Assembly: GCA_046753945.1 (NCBI GenBank)
Contig: JBHHUW010000003.1
Location: 1 to 46,277, forward strand
DNA length: 46,277 bases
Direction: 5' to 3'
From: Thermodesulfobacteriota bacterium
GTDB taxonomy: Bacteria; Desulfobacterota; GWC2-55-46; JADFVP01
The notes under the pieces were generated by a model. It was not told where the DNA came from. It was given only the letters and a program-made list of their open reading frames with translations, and ran no database searches. Shown piece after piece: positions 36,617 through 46,277 of the stretch (its first letter is position 1; every line of letters begins with the position of its first letter). A program made the position numbers and the translations under genes.

Positions 36617-36796
36617 GAAGTGATTTCTTGTTTGCGGCCTATGTGAGGTGTGGGACGCCGGTTACATGGATTATCGAGTGTATCGGCGCGACGAGTGTCT
36701 TAAACCGAAAGGCCCTCTCAAGAGCCCTTTAACTGCGCAGAGTTTACACCGGAAAGCCTTAAGATAAAGACCCTTCTCCGGTGCGGCAACCCTCTT

Positions 36797-36826
36797 AGAT
36801 TAAACCATTTTGCCCCGCATTGTCAA
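36797..36826 (-). promoter_or_regulatory. Candidate sigma70 promoter for the priming transferase fusion
   Basis: Minus strand TTGACA-N18-TAATCT, about 180 bp upstream of the start. Confidence 0.4.
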
Positions 36827-36927
36827 CCTCCCATATACGGGTTTTCCCCTCGCCCACTTAAAAAAACAGTGAAGGGGATTCAAGACCAAGACCAGACCTT
36901 AATATAGAGATAAAAGTGTGTAGCAGA

Positions 36928-37530
36928 CTACTGATTAGACTCAAAAATCCTGCAGATGAGATGAGAACGGTTATTAACACCCATCTTGTGCATGATATTC
37001 CGCACGTGGTCCTTCACCGTATGCTCACTTATGAAGAGAACCCTGGATACATCCCTGTTGGACATACCTCTTGCCACCCCTTTCAAGACCTGCGTCTCTC
37101 TCTTCGTAAGTTCGAACCTTGTGCCTACCTTCTTAATGTCCGCCGTAAGCCTTGTTGAGAACCTCTCTACGGTAACCATTATATGAGGAGCGGCTTCCAC
37201 CCCGGATATCCTGTGTATGGGAATGGCTCGCAGAAAGTAATCTTCTTCATTATTTACGATATTCTTATAAATAAAGTGCTGCTTATCCTCCTTGCACTCC
37301 ACCTTCTGGTTCTCAACATGGGTCATCAACTCGTCGCAGATAGAGAGTATATCCTCAGGAACGCATACAAAGGAACCCTCACTGCGGGAATTGTCAGCCT
37401 CATCTACCTCCATTAATTTCTGAAGAATTTTTTTAGCCTCTTCATTAACGTATATGAGCTCTTTACAGGCATTTAAGATCATGACGCCGGCAAGAGCCCT
37501 CTTCTTTATTATATCGCTGTATGAGTCCAT
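36928..37530 (-). CDS. LuxR-family HTH transcriptional regulator with PAS-like N-terminal region
   Basis: LTKRETQVLKGVARGMSNRDVSRVLFISEHTVKDHVRNIMHKMGVNNR; N-terminal GVMILNACKELIYVNEEA; no receiver domain. Confidence 0.92.
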   Translation of the reverse strand: MDSYSDIIKKRALAGVMILNACKELIYVNEEAKKILQKLMEVDEADNSRSEGSFVCVPEDILSICDELMTHVENQKVECKEDKQHFIYKNIVNNEEDYFLRAIPIHRISGVEAAPHIMVTVERFSTRLTADIKKVGTRFELTKRETQVLKGVARGMSNRDVSRVLFISEHTVKDHVRNIMHKMGVNNRSHLICRIFESNQ

Positions 37531-37604
37531 GCTTTTTTAGATATCACCCTTACTCGTTACGCTAGAACCAAAATGTCCTGCAAGGAAAGCAGAGTCTAAA
37601 AAGT

Positions 37605-37634
37605 ATTGTATGCCCTCTAACGGCACCTTGTCAA
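37605..37634 (-). promoter_or_regulatory. Sigma70-type promoter for the LuxR gene
   Basis: Minus strand TTGACA-N18-TACAAT, about 75 bp upstream of the ATG. Confidence 0.6.
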
Positions 37635-37686
37635 GAAGTTACAATAGTATAGGGGGCTTTGCCGTGAGGTTAATATCTTTTTTCCC

Positions 37687-37716
37687 TTGCCAAGATGAGC
37701 CTACCTCTTATATTAT
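37687..37716 (+). promoter_or_regulatory. Candidate sigma70 promoter for the rightward ABC-glycan operon
   Basis: TTGCCA-N18-TATTAT, back-to-back with the LuxR promoter. Confidence 0.4.
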
Positions 37717-37904
37717 GTTTGTACCCTGCCGGGTTTTTTTTAAAGGCAATGCCCGGACCGGGGGGCATCACGGGCCCGTGACCGCTGCGGGAGGGACAAC
37801 CATCTCAAAGCGCATAGTATAAAGAGACCCATGAGCCCTTTGCGTCCATGGCGCCGGAAAGGCCGACGCAGGGTCCTAACCCTCTCATTGGCATACGTAA
37901 AAAT

Positions 37905-38651
37905 ATGAGCCTCTCCGAGACTAACAAAAGGATATGGGATGACTTTGTCCCGGACTATGTAGACGAGAGAGTAGAGAAGGTGCTGAGCCTTCTCCCCTTA
38001 ACAACACGCAACCCTGAGTATCTGGATATAGGCTGCTCAACAGGAAGCGCCACCATGCTCGTAGCCCGACGTATCAAGGCAAAGACCGTAAAGGGAGTGG
38101 ACTTTGTACATACCGGAGAGGCGAAAAAAAAAGGCGTAGACGCCATTGACTGTGACCTTAACAGCGGAAAACCCCTTCCCTACGAAGATAAGACCTTTCA
38201 CCTCGTTACCTGCATGGAGACCCTGGAGCACGTTCACGACACTGACTACCTGCTCTCGGAAATATACCGCGTCTTGAGAGATGACGGCACGGCCATTATC
38301 GATATCCCCCGCCTTGACTCCATGATGAACACCCTCCTTCTCTTATTCGGCTTCCAGCCCCCGGGGGTGGAATGCTCTACAAGAGAGAGATACGGGGCTA
38401 TTAACCAGGGAAGCATCCTTACTGGCCATATCTCATATTTTACAAAGAGGGCCTTTCGCGATATCTTGAGGAGTAATGGTTTTATAATACTCAAATTTGA
38501 ACAGTCAGGACAAAAAAGCGACTGGGAGGCCGTGCAGGCCAAGCTTGGCCGCAGACCCGGAACCATGGCGAGGCTCCTCTGGGGCCTCTATGACATCTTT
38601 CCCTTCAAGAAAGACTACATGATAATGAAGGTGCGAAAAGAGGCTCGATGA
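37905..38651 (+). CDS. Class I SAM-dependent methyltransferase
   Basis: YLDIGCSTG, LPYEDKTFHLVTCMETLEHV; start uncertain (37848 or 37905). Confidence 0.88.
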   Translation: MSLSETNKRIWDDFVPDYVDERVEKVLSLLPLTTRNPEYLDIGCSTGSATMLVARRIKAKTVKGVDFVHTGEAKKKGVDAIDCDLNSGKPLPYEDKTFHLVTCMETLEHVHDTDYLLSEIYRVLRDDGTAIIDIPRLDSMMNTLLLLFGFQPPGVECSTRERYGAINQGSILTGHISYFTKRAFRDILRSNGFIILKFEQSGQKSDWEAVQAKLGRRPGTMARLLWGLYDIFPFKKDYMIMKVRKEAR

Positions 38652-41600
38652 AAAACGCCTTCAAGGCCCTTTCTTCATGCGGTACGGGCATTGCCGTCTT
38701 TATCATTGCCACAGCCCTCTACCTGCCCCTTGCTTTTAATGACATATCCATGCTTGATGAAGGCGCCCTCCTGTACGTGGCCGAGAGGCTCACAAAGGGT
38801 GATGTCCTCTATAGAGACATAGTAACGGGAATCATGCCCGGCGTCTATTACCTGCAGGCGCTGTTTTTTTTAATCCTTGGGTACTCTGTCCTCGTTGGCA
38901 GGGTACTGGCATGGGCCACACTGGCCGCAACCGGTGTACTCCTCTACTACATATCCACACATTTCATAAAAAAAAGAACCGCCCTCTTTATTACCCTCTT
39001 TTTTATCTCCATAGCCCTGCCGGCCTACAGGTGGCCGGGGTACTCGCAGATGTCCATAACCTTCGTCCTCATCTGCCTGCTCTTTTTCTTAAGGTACCTC
39101 GGGTCATCTTCGCTCACCGCGCTTCTCATATCTGGAGCCGGCGCAGGCCTTGCCCTGCTCTTTAAGCAGAATTTTGGGGTCTTTATAGCCGCGGCAATTG
39201 GTTTTGTACTGCTCGCCAGGTTAATCTCTAAAAAAGAACTTAGACCTGTCCTTGTTTTTTCCATCTCATTCGCAGTCCCAATACTATTGACAATACTCTA
39301 CTTCTACTCCATGGGGGCTTTGGCCCAGATGACCCAATATACCTTTATCTCCCTCTTCCAGGAGGCGGCAAACGCCTACTACAAACCATATCCACTGCTC
39401 TCAAGAGCAGACCCGTTTTTTTACTACAACGAGCTAAATGACTTCATACCCTTTAGAGACCTGGCCATATGGATACTGAAAGAAGGCATCACAGGTGAGA
39501 CCTGGATAAAGGCCCTTGTGGGCATTATCTATCTTCTACCGCCTATCATCATAGTCGTGGCCGGCATCTACACTCTCCTCTGCATACTCCGCAGCAAGAG
39601 CGTGCCGTGGAAACCGGCAACCCTTGCGCTTACCTCCTTCTTTATCTTTTTAGGCGTCTTCCCAAGGAGCGATATCCACCACCTCGTCTTTATCCTTCCC
39701 ACCATTCTGGTTACAGGGGCCCTTCTAACAGAGAGGCTGCCGCTCTCGGGCCGCACCCTCTCTGTCTCAAGAGGCGCAGCCTTTGGACTTACAGGCCTCT
39801 TCGCCATCATATGCCTCTTCTCCACATACATGCCCCTTGTCTATCCCCCACCGGGAGAAGAGAAGAGGGCCCTTCAAATACCGAGAGCCTACAGCATACA
39901 GGCGGAGACCAAGAGCACAGCCGTAATAAGGGCAATAACAAGTCATATTAAAGCGAATACCACTCCAGAGGAACCCGTACTTGTAGTGCCCACAGGGGCC
40001 ATGTACTATTTTCTAACGGGGAGAAAGAGCGCCGTGCCCTATCCCCTCATAATGCCCGGGGCCATGGACGAGGCAGAGGTAATCGAGACCATTGAGAGTA
40101 AAGAGCTAAAGTATATCATCTACTCTGATATGAGCTTTGACGAAGAGACGCTGAGTACTCATATGCCCCGCATACACCGGTACATTACAAAGAACTACCG
40201 CATTGACGAGACCTACCCCATGGCAGAGACGGGAGGGGACACATATGTTCTGAAAAGAGGTGCGGTAAAGGAAGATATTATTCCCGTCAATGATGAGGCA
40301 AGTGCGGCCCTTAATGAGGGTAGCGGCAATGAGGCCCTATACTATGACTTCGTCAAAGAACTTCCTGAGGCCAGGAGCGGGGTAATACTGGGCAACGGCC
40401 GTGGTATACCCCCTTTCAGGGCCAACCAGATTACCAGAAACGCCTGGCTCTTGAAGGACGCCATACTGCAGATTCCCGGGAGGCGCTGGTCCAAGGTATA
40501 CACGGCATTTTCCGTCCATGTGCCCCCGGACTCCGCTCTGAGGTTCTCCATAGGCCAGTCCCCTCTGGTCTGGCACCGGGAGCTTGGAGACGGCGCGCTC
40601 TTTGAGGTATATGTTTACGATACGGGCACAGGGAGCCTGGAAAAACTCTTTTCCCGCTACATAGACCCCAAGAACAATATGTTTGATAGAAGGTGGTTTA
40701 CCTACATGGCAGGTTTGAAAAAATATTGGGGACGTGATTTAATAATCGCATTCGTCACATCAGGGGGCCCGAGGTTTAACCTTACCACGGGAGAGATGAA
40801 CAGGTGGAGACAAATTGACAAGGCCGGGTGGGGCGGGGCCGCGCTCATGTCCTTTAAGGAGAGGGCTGCCGGGGCCGGGCGCATAGTCCCCGGAAAAATT
40901 CCCGGAACGGGCCTTCCCGTTGATGCCATAGCAGAGATGGCGCGCTTTGACGATATCTCCTTTTTCTTAGAGGAAAAGGAAAAATACCCCGGCGACTATG
41001 ACGTGCGTCTGGCACTTGGCAGAGTATATGATAGGAACGGTGAGAGTGATAAGGCGGTAGAAGAGTTCCGCGCCGCCCTTAAGGCATACCCCGCCGGAAG
41101 CGAGGCGAGAAACCTCCTTGCAAGGTACTATATCAAGGCAAAAAAAATAGAAAAGGCAGAGGGACTTCTCAGAGAAGGGCTGACGCTGACCCCCGGGGAC
41201 CCCAGGCTTAATATGACCATGGCAGATATATACAGAGGCCGAAGTGAATATGATAAGGCAATGGCCGGCTACAGCCGCGTCCTGCGGGCCCGGCCAAAGC
41301 ACGAGTGGGCGCGCATCGGGCTGGGGCGCAGTTACCTCGCCACAGGAAAGGCAGGGAAGGCAATGGCCGAGGCCGAAAAGGCACTTCGCGCCCGCCCGGG
41401 CAGCAGCGGAGCCCTTGTTCTCCTTGGCGACTCTTACAGATTCAAGAAAGAGTGGAAAAGGGCCGAGGAGAGATACAGAGAGGCGCTGGAGTCTGCCCCG
41501 GGAAGCTTTACCGCCGCCTACAGGCTGGGCCAGAGCCTCATGGCCGGGGGCCGGCCAGATGATGCCCTTCGGACCTTTCAAAGCATACTCTCAGGTAAAG

Positions 41601-41677
41601 GCGCCACAGAGGCTGAAAAACAACTGGCAGAGAAAAAAATCGCCGCTATCCTCCGGCACAAAAAGGAAAAAGACTAA
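38648..41677 (+). CDS. GT-C-fold (ArnT/PMT-like) membrane glycosyltransferase with periplasmic jelly-roll-like domain and C-terminal TPR repeats
   Basis: DEG after TM1, LYRDI...PG, FKQNFG, multiple TMs; GDGALFEV...FSRYIDP...DRRW domain; several TPR units (LALGRVY...AVEEFRAALKAYP). Confidence 0.8.
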   Translation: MKNAFKALSSCGTGIAVFIIATALYLPLAFNDISMLDEGALLYVAERLTKGDVLYRDIVTGIMPGVYYLQALFFLILGYSVLVGRVLAWATLAATGVLLYYISTHFIKKRTALFITLFFISIALPAYRWPGYSQMSITFVLICLLFFLRYLGSSSLTALLISGAGAGLALLFKQNFGVFIAAAIGFVLLARLISKKELRPVLVFSISFAVPILLTILYFYSMGALAQMTQYTFISLFQEAANAYYKPYPLLSRADPFFYYNELNDFIPFRDLAIWILKEGITGETWIKALVGIIYLLPPIIIVVAGIYTLLCILRSKSVPWKPATLALTSFFIFLGVFPRSDIHHLVFILPTILVTGALLTERLPLSGRTLSVSRGAAFGLTGLFAIICLFSTYMPLVYPPPGEEKRALQIPRAYSIQAETKSTAVIRAITSHIKANTTPEEPVLVVPTGAMYYFLTGRKSAVPYPLIMPGAMDEAEVIETIESKELKYIIYSDMSFDEETLSTHMPRIHRYITKNYRIDETYPMAETGGDTYVLKRGAVKEDIIPVNDEASAALNEGSGNEALYYDFVKELPEARSGVILGNGRGIPPFRANQITRNAWLLKDAILQIPGRRWSKVYTAFSVHVPPDSALRFSIGQSPLVWHRELGDGALFEVYVYDTGTGSLEKLFSRYIDPKNNMFDRRWFTYMAGLKKYWGRDLIIAFVTSGGPRFNLTTGEMNRWRQIDKAGWGGAALMSFKERAAGAGRIVPGKIPGTGLPVDAIAEMARFDDISFFLEEKEKYPGDYDVRLALGRVYDRNGESDKAVEEFRAALKAYPAGSEARNLLARYYIKAKKIEKAEGLLREGLTLTPGDPRLNMTMADIYRGRSEYDKAMAGYSRVLRARPKHEWARIGLGRSYLATGKAGKAMAEAEKALRARPGSSGALVLLGDSYRFKKEWKRAEERYREALESAPGSFTAAYRLGQSLMAGGRPDDALRTFQSILSGKGATEAEKQLAEKKIAAILRHKKEKD

Positions 41678-42480
41678 TGGTATTGGCCCTGGGAAAAAGC
41701 CTTAAGCGCTCCGTTGAGTTCAAGGACCTTGTAGCCGAGTTCGTAAAGAGCGACCTCAAGGCGCGCTATGTGGGCTCTACACTGGGTCTGTACTGGTCCG
41801 TTATCAACCCCATACTCCTGCTCATTATTTATACACTGGTCTTCTCCGTCATACTGGGCGTTAGGTTCACCAAGGCCGAGAGCATCCAGAACTACTCGCT
41901 CTACCTCTTCTGCGGCATGCTCCCGTGGATAGCCTTTCAGGAATCCATAACCACCTCCGTAAGCACGTTGACGAAGAACGCCAACCTCGTAAGGAACGTG
42001 GTATTCCCGCTAAAGACGCTCCACACATCGCTGGTCATCTCAGCGCTCATAAGTGAGCTTATAGGCATAGTCATACTCCTTATCTTCAGGTTAGCCATTA
42101 CAGGGACCCTTGGTTATCTCATTCCACTGCTTATCATTATTATTTTCTTCCAGTTTCTCTTTACCATGGGCTTTGCCCTCCTGCTATCGGCGCTGAATGT
42201 ATTTTTCAGGGATGTAAACCCCCTTATGAGACCGCTTATAAGGATGTGGATGTACCTCACGCCTGTATTCTATCCCCTTACAATCGTTCCTGAGAAGGTG
42301 AGGATATTTATATACATTAACCCCATGACATCTCTGGTGACGGCCTACAGGGACATCCTTCTTAATGACCGTCTCCCGGGCGTGGAATTTCTCTACTTCG
42401 TAGTATTCTCCATAGCCATATTCGTATTGGGATACAGATTTTTCACTAAAAACCACATGAAACTCGTGGACCTTCTTTAG
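41677..42480 (+). CDS. wzm: Polysaccharide ABC exporter permease
   Basis: DLKARYVGSTLGLYWSVINP, GMLPW, YLTPVFYP, NPM motifs. Confidence 0.93.
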   Translation: MVLALGKSLKRSVEFKDLVAEFVKSDLKARYVGSTLGLYWSVINPILLLIIYTLVFSVILGVRFTKAESIQNYSLYLFCGMLPWIAFQESITTSVSTLTKNANLVRNVVFPLKTLHTSLVISALISELIGIVILLIFRLAITGTLGYLIPLLIIIIFFQFLFTMGFALLLSALNVFFRDVNPLMRPLIRMWMYLTPVFYPLTIVPEKVRIFIYINPMTSLVTAYRDILLNDRLPGVEFLYFVVFSIAIFVLGYRFFTKNHMKLVDLL

Positions 42481-42483
42481 GCT

Positions 42484-43746
42484 ATGATAGCGATAAAGGC
42501 CGAGAACCTCGGAAAAAAATACGAGATATTCAGCAAACCCTCGCAGAGGCTTGCCGAGATGATATTTCCCCGCGGCAGGAAACGACACAGGGACATGTGG
42601 GCCCTGAAGGATCTCAACTTCGAGGTAACAAAGGGCACTACCTGCGGCATCATCGGCCATAACGGCGCGGGCAAGAGCACACTGCTGCGGCTTCTCTCAA
42701 GGCTAAGCCAGCCCACAACGGGCAGAGTAACCGTCAATGGCAAGGTCACCTCAGTGCTTCAGCTTGGCGCGGGTTTCAAGGTGGACTTTACGGGAAGGGC
42801 CAATCTATTCATGAACTGCTCTCTGCTGGGGCTCTCAAAGGAGGAGGCCGAGGAAAAATTTACCGAGATTGTAGACTTTGCCGAGTTATGGGATTTTATT
42901 GACATGCCCGTAAAGACATACTCATCGGGCATGAAGATGCGCCTTACGTTCTCCATCATGATAGCCATGGACCCGGAGGTCCTGCTAATAGACGAGGTCA
43001 TCGCCGTTGGTGACGAGTATTTTCGCGGAAAATGCTTTAACAAAATAAACGAGCTGAAGCGGTCTGGAAAGACCCTTGTGCTGGTCACGCACAGCCTATA
43101 TAATCTACGCTCCATCTGCGACCGCGTCTTGCTCCTTGAGAGGGGCAGGCTTGTGGCAAACGGCACGGCCGATGAGGTCGTTGACAGGTACCTTAACATG
43201 GTACACGCGCAGAGAGAGGCCAAGATCGGGGCCTTGAATAACAGGATGGAAGAAGAGGCCGGGCCGCCAAGATGGGGCGACGGCGCCATACAGATAGAAA
43301 AAGTCAGGCTCCTTGACTCTGAAGGCACGGAGCGCTACGTCTACAGGCCCAATGAAAATGTGGTCATAGATGCCGCCTACAGGGTAAAGAGCACCATAAA
43401 AAAACCAGTCTTCGGCATAGGTATATTCAGGAATGACGGCACATATATATCAGGCCTGAATCACCTCTGGCACAGGGACTCCATGGAGATTGAAGAACTC
43501 ATGGAAGGCAGCAGCGGCCGCGTTACCTGCACGGTGGAAAACCTGCCGCTCCTCAAGGGTTCTTATTATATCTCCTATTACTGCTATGACCACAGCGACG
43601 CGGCTCCCACCCCAGTTGACCACATGGAAAAGGCCCTTGTATTCGAGGTCATGGAGGGTAATGTAATAGAGCATGGTCTTGTCTCCATAGCCACGTCCTG
43701 GGAGATAAAGGAAGGAACCGATGAACTCGATTCAACTGCCATTTGA
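42484..43746 (+). CDS. wzt: Polysaccharide ABC exporter ATPase with C-terminal carbohydrate-binding domain
   Basis: GHNGAGKST, YSSGM, LLIDE, VTH, followed by RWGDG and a Wzt_C-like domain. Confidence 0.95.
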   Translation: MIAIKAENLGKKYEIFSKPSQRLAEMIFPRGRKRHRDMWALKDLNFEVTKGTTCGIIGHNGAGKSTLLRLLSRLSQPTTGRVTVNGKVTSVLQLGAGFKVDFTGRANLFMNCSLLGLSKEEAEEKFTEIVDFAELWDFIDMPVKTYSSGMKMRLTFSIMIAMDPEVLLIDEVIAVGDEYFRGKCFNKINELKRSGKTLVLVTHSLYNLRSICDRVLLLERGRLVANGTADEVVDRYLNMVHAQREAKIGALNNRMEEEAGPPRWGDGAIQIEKVRLLDSEGTERYVYRPNENVVIDAAYRVKSTIKKPVFGIGIFRNDGTYISGLNHLWHRDSMEIEELMEGSSGRVTCTVENLPLLKGSYYISYYCYDHSDAAPTPVDHMEKALVFEVMEGNVIEHGLVSIATSWEIKEGTDELDSTAI

Positions 43747-44773
43747 CCAGTACCAGAGGTACCGGGTCGTAACGGACGCCATTGAGGCGGTGAGGGACGG
43801 CAAGAAACCGTTAAAGGTTCTTGACGTAGGCGGCAGCCCGGGACTCCTCCTTGATTTTCTGCCCAAAGACGATATCTACATACTTGACTATGTATGCTCA
43901 CCTGCGGGGCGCTTCATCCGCGGCAGCGGCGCGGCCCTGCCCTTTAGAGACGAGGCCTTTGATATAGCCATAAGCGTCGATGTGCTTGAACACGTCGCGC
44001 CAGAGGTAAGGGAGGCCTTTATAGTGGAGCTTAAGAGGGTGAGCAGGGGTTATGTCTTTTTAGCGGCGCCCTTCAAGACAGGGGCCGTTCTGGAGGCAGA
44101 GCGTATACTATTTGACGTCATAAAGGCCGCAAAGGGAGAAGAGCACACCTTCTTACAGGAACACCTTGAGCACGGCCTCCCCGAAGAGGCCGCAGTAAGA
44201 GAGGCGCTGGAGGCAGGGGGCTGGCAGACCATGTCCGTACCAAACGGGGCGTTGAAGCGCTGGCTCCCCATGATGGCGCTATCCATCTATGTTACGGGAG
44301 ATAAATTTCTTACGGAGCTTGCAGGGCGGATTAACAGCTTTTATAACAGCAACTATTACGAGAATGACAATATGGAACCCGCGTACCGCCACCTTCTGGC
44401 CTCCTGCAGAGGCGGGTTCAAGAGTGAGTCCATCCAGAAGATAGAGGGGCTTGCCAGAGGATCGGGGCAGGAAAAAGACCTTGATCTATCATGGCTCTCA
44501 CTGCTTCTCAGCCTCATTGGACACAATGAGATGAAAAAGACCATGGACTCGGAGAGGGAAGAGTTCCAAAATGTCCTGGAGGAAAGAGACAGGCACATAA
44601 GAAGCCTGAAAAATACAGTAGATAAAAAAGACAGACGTATCGAGAGGCAGAAGAAGACAATAGAGGGCTCTCAGGGTGTTATTGATGAGCTTAACAAGAG
44701 GCTGGACTCGCTGGAAAGTTCCAACGGTGTAAAGGCGCTGAAAGGCATGGGGATAATAAAAAAACCGCGCTAA
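43721..44773 (+). CDS. Methyltransferase with C-terminal coiled coil (WbdD-like chain terminator candidate)
   Basis: VLDVGG, LPFRDEAFD..VDVLEH; heptad-rich C-terminal ~70 aa; directly after wzt. Confidence 0.78.
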   Translation: MNSIQLPFDQYQRYRVVTDAIEAVRDGKKPLKVLDVGGSPGLLLDFLPKDDIYILDYVCSPAGRFIRGSGAALPFRDEAFDIAISVDVLEHVAPEVREAFIVELKRVSRGYVFLAAPFKTGAVLEAERILFDVIKAAKGEEHTFLQEHLEHGLPEEAAVREALEAGGWQTMSVPNGALKRWLPMMALSIYVTGDKFLTELAGRINSFYNSNYYENDNMEPAYRHLLASCRGGFKSESIQKIEGLARGSGQEKDLDLSWLSLLLSLIGHNEMKKTMDSEREEFQNVLEERDRHIRSLKNTVDKKDRRIERQKKTIEGSQGVIDELNKRLDSLESSNGVKALKGMGIIKKPR

Positions 44774-44788
44774 GACGAAAAAAATATT

Positions 44789-46207
44789 ATGAAGATACTC
44801 GAGGTTGTCCACGACTTTCTGCCCCGCCACACAGCGGGCTCCGAGGTCTATACATACAAGCTCTCCAAGGAGCTAGTAAAAAAGGGCAATGAGGTAAGCC
44901 TTTTTTTTACCGAGGCAGAGCGCGGCACCCCCCAGTACACGCTCCGGCAGGGAGTCTACGATGAACTGCCTTACTTTGAGGCCATAGTGAACCGCAGCTA
45001 CAGCGGCTTTACCGAGACCTACGACAACCCCGAAATGGAGAGATTATTCGCCGAGGTCCTCGATCAGGCCAACCCCGATGTAATCCATCTTCAGCACCTT
45101 ATCAACCATTCCATGGGTTATATAGATATAGCCAGAAAAAGGTCCATACCCGTTGTCTTTACCCTTCACGACTACTGGCTTACCTGTCCGCTGGGGGGTC
45201 AGAGAATAAGGCCGGACCTCACCATATGCCATGACGTAGACCCGGTGATATGTGGGAGATGCGTATCAAGGTACTCAAAAAATTCCTTCCGGTTGAAAAA
45301 ACTCTTTGAGAAGGTCACGGGCAGGCTCAAGGCCCCGTCCCGCAAGACCTCGCCAGGGGGAGGCCTTGCGGCAAAGTCCTTTCTCAGGTTCAACGGAGTC
45401 TTCGAGACCATGGCCGCTAAAGAACTCGCCTCATCGGTAGTTCAAAGACGGCTTCGTATACTTGAGGCCTCTGAGGGCGTGGACCTCTTCATAGCGCCCT
45501 CACAGTTTCTGAGAGACCGCTTCAAAGAGTTCGGCATACCTGAAGAAAAGATACTCTACTCTGATTACGGTTTTGACACAGCAGTCTTCAGCGGAAAAAA
45601 GGGGGAAAGAGGCAGCAGGAAAAAACTTCGCTTTGGCTACACAGGGAGCCTTGTCCCCCACAAGGGGGTACACGTCCTTATAGAGGCTTTCAGGGGTATT
45701 GAGCGGGCAAAGGCCGAGCTCAAGATATACGGCAACCTTACGTGGTTCCCCGATTATGTAAAAAAACTCCAGGAGAACGCCGGCAATAGCGGAACCCGTT
45801 TCATGGGCGCTTTTGATAACCGCGACGTGCCAGAGGTGCTCGCCGGCATAGACGTCCTCGTCGTACCCTCCATATGGTTCGAGAACTCACCGCTAACCAT
45901 TCATGAGGCCTATATCTCAGGAACTCCCGTAATAGTGAGCGACCTTGGCGGCATGGCCGAGCTTGTAGAGGACGGCGTATCGGGTTTTGTCTTTGAGACG
46001 GGTAACGCCCATGCGCTGCGCGAAAAAATTGAGATGATTGTAAATGACGGATCGCTTCTTGCCCGTCTCAGAAAGGGACTGCCCGGGGTAAAGACCATCG
46101 CCGAAGATGCCGATGACATGGAGAGGATTTTTAAAGGGCTTATCCGCGGTGAGAGCCCCGCTCCAGAGGCTATGAGCAGGGGTCTCCGCTGGCCCTCGCC
46201 AATATGA
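44789..46207 (+). CDS. Glycosyltransferase family 4
   Basis: AGSEVY, TLHDYWLTCP, HKG, VVPSIWFENSPLTIHEA. Confidence 0.93.
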   Translation: MKILEVVHDFLPRHTAGSEVYTYKLSKELVKKGNEVSLFFTEAERGTPQYTLRQGVYDELPYFEAIVNRSYSGFTETYDNPEMERLFAEVLDQANPDVIHLQHLINHSMGYIDIARKRSIPVVFTLHDYWLTCPLGGQRIRPDLTICHDVDPVICGRCVSRYSKNSFRLKKLFEKVTGRLKAPSRKTSPGGGLAAKSFLRFNGVFETMAAKELASSVVQRRLRILEASEGVDLFIAPSQFLRDRFKEFGIPEEKILYSDYGFDTAVFSGKKGERGSRKKLRFGYTGSLVPHKGVHVLIEAFRGIERAKAELKIYGNLTWFPDYVKKLQENAGNSGTRFMGAFDNRDVPEVLAGIDVLVVPSIWFENSPLTIHEAYISGTPVIVSDLGGMAELVEDGVSGFVFETGNAHALREKIEMIVNDGSLLARLRKGLPGVKTIAEDADDMERIFKGLIRGESPAPEAMSRGLRWPSPI

Positions 46208-46277
46208 AGAAAATCCGCATCTCCATAGTCATACCCTCCTTTAACGGGGGGGCATTATTAGACGAGTGCCTTGAGGC
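46204..46277 (+). CDS. Glycosyltransferase family 2, 5' end only
   Basis: ATGA overlap with the upstream stop; MKKIRISIVIPSFNGGALLDECLE is a typical GT2 N-terminus. Confidence 0.8.
   Translation, partial: MKKIRISIVIPSFNGGALLDECLE

Overview
A bacterial cell-surface polysaccharide super-locus (gene style suggests Deltaproteobacteria/Desulfobacterota, unverified). The left ~31 kb is one minus-strand, Wzy-type exopolysaccharide region. It encodes Wza, a Wzc with a degenerate kinase, a MurJ-like flippase, a Wzy/O-antigen ligase and GT2/GT4 transferases. It also has a large tailoring set: four cytoplasmic AlkP-superfamily (COG3379-like) proteins, two radical SAM enzymes, a GNAT, a methyltransferase and a CE4 deacetylase. 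Several secreted proteins are embedded in it: a subtilase, a clan GH-A-like hydrolase, an AlkP/Asp-box fusion, two LVIVD propellers and a basic 17-aa tandem-repeat protein. The region runs into cysD (sulfate activation) at the left edge. The middle (31-35 kb) holds decayed IS256 and IS66 fragments, a decayed priming-transferase copy and a second GH paralog; a separate IS3 fragment lies near 13.1 kb. Next come a degenerate nucleotidyltransferase/priming-transferase fusion and a LuxR regulator. A divergent plus-strand ABC-exporter (Wzm/Wzt) glycan operon fills the right end, with a GT-C/TPR protein and a WbdD-like methyltransferase. The main candidate for a new system is a sulfated or otherwise anion-decorated EPS pathway. 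It would use AlkP-fold transferases with a conserved C-terminal LxxLGY tail instead of classical sulfotransferases, plus a cationic repeat protein that could bind the product. This is inference, not demonstrated.
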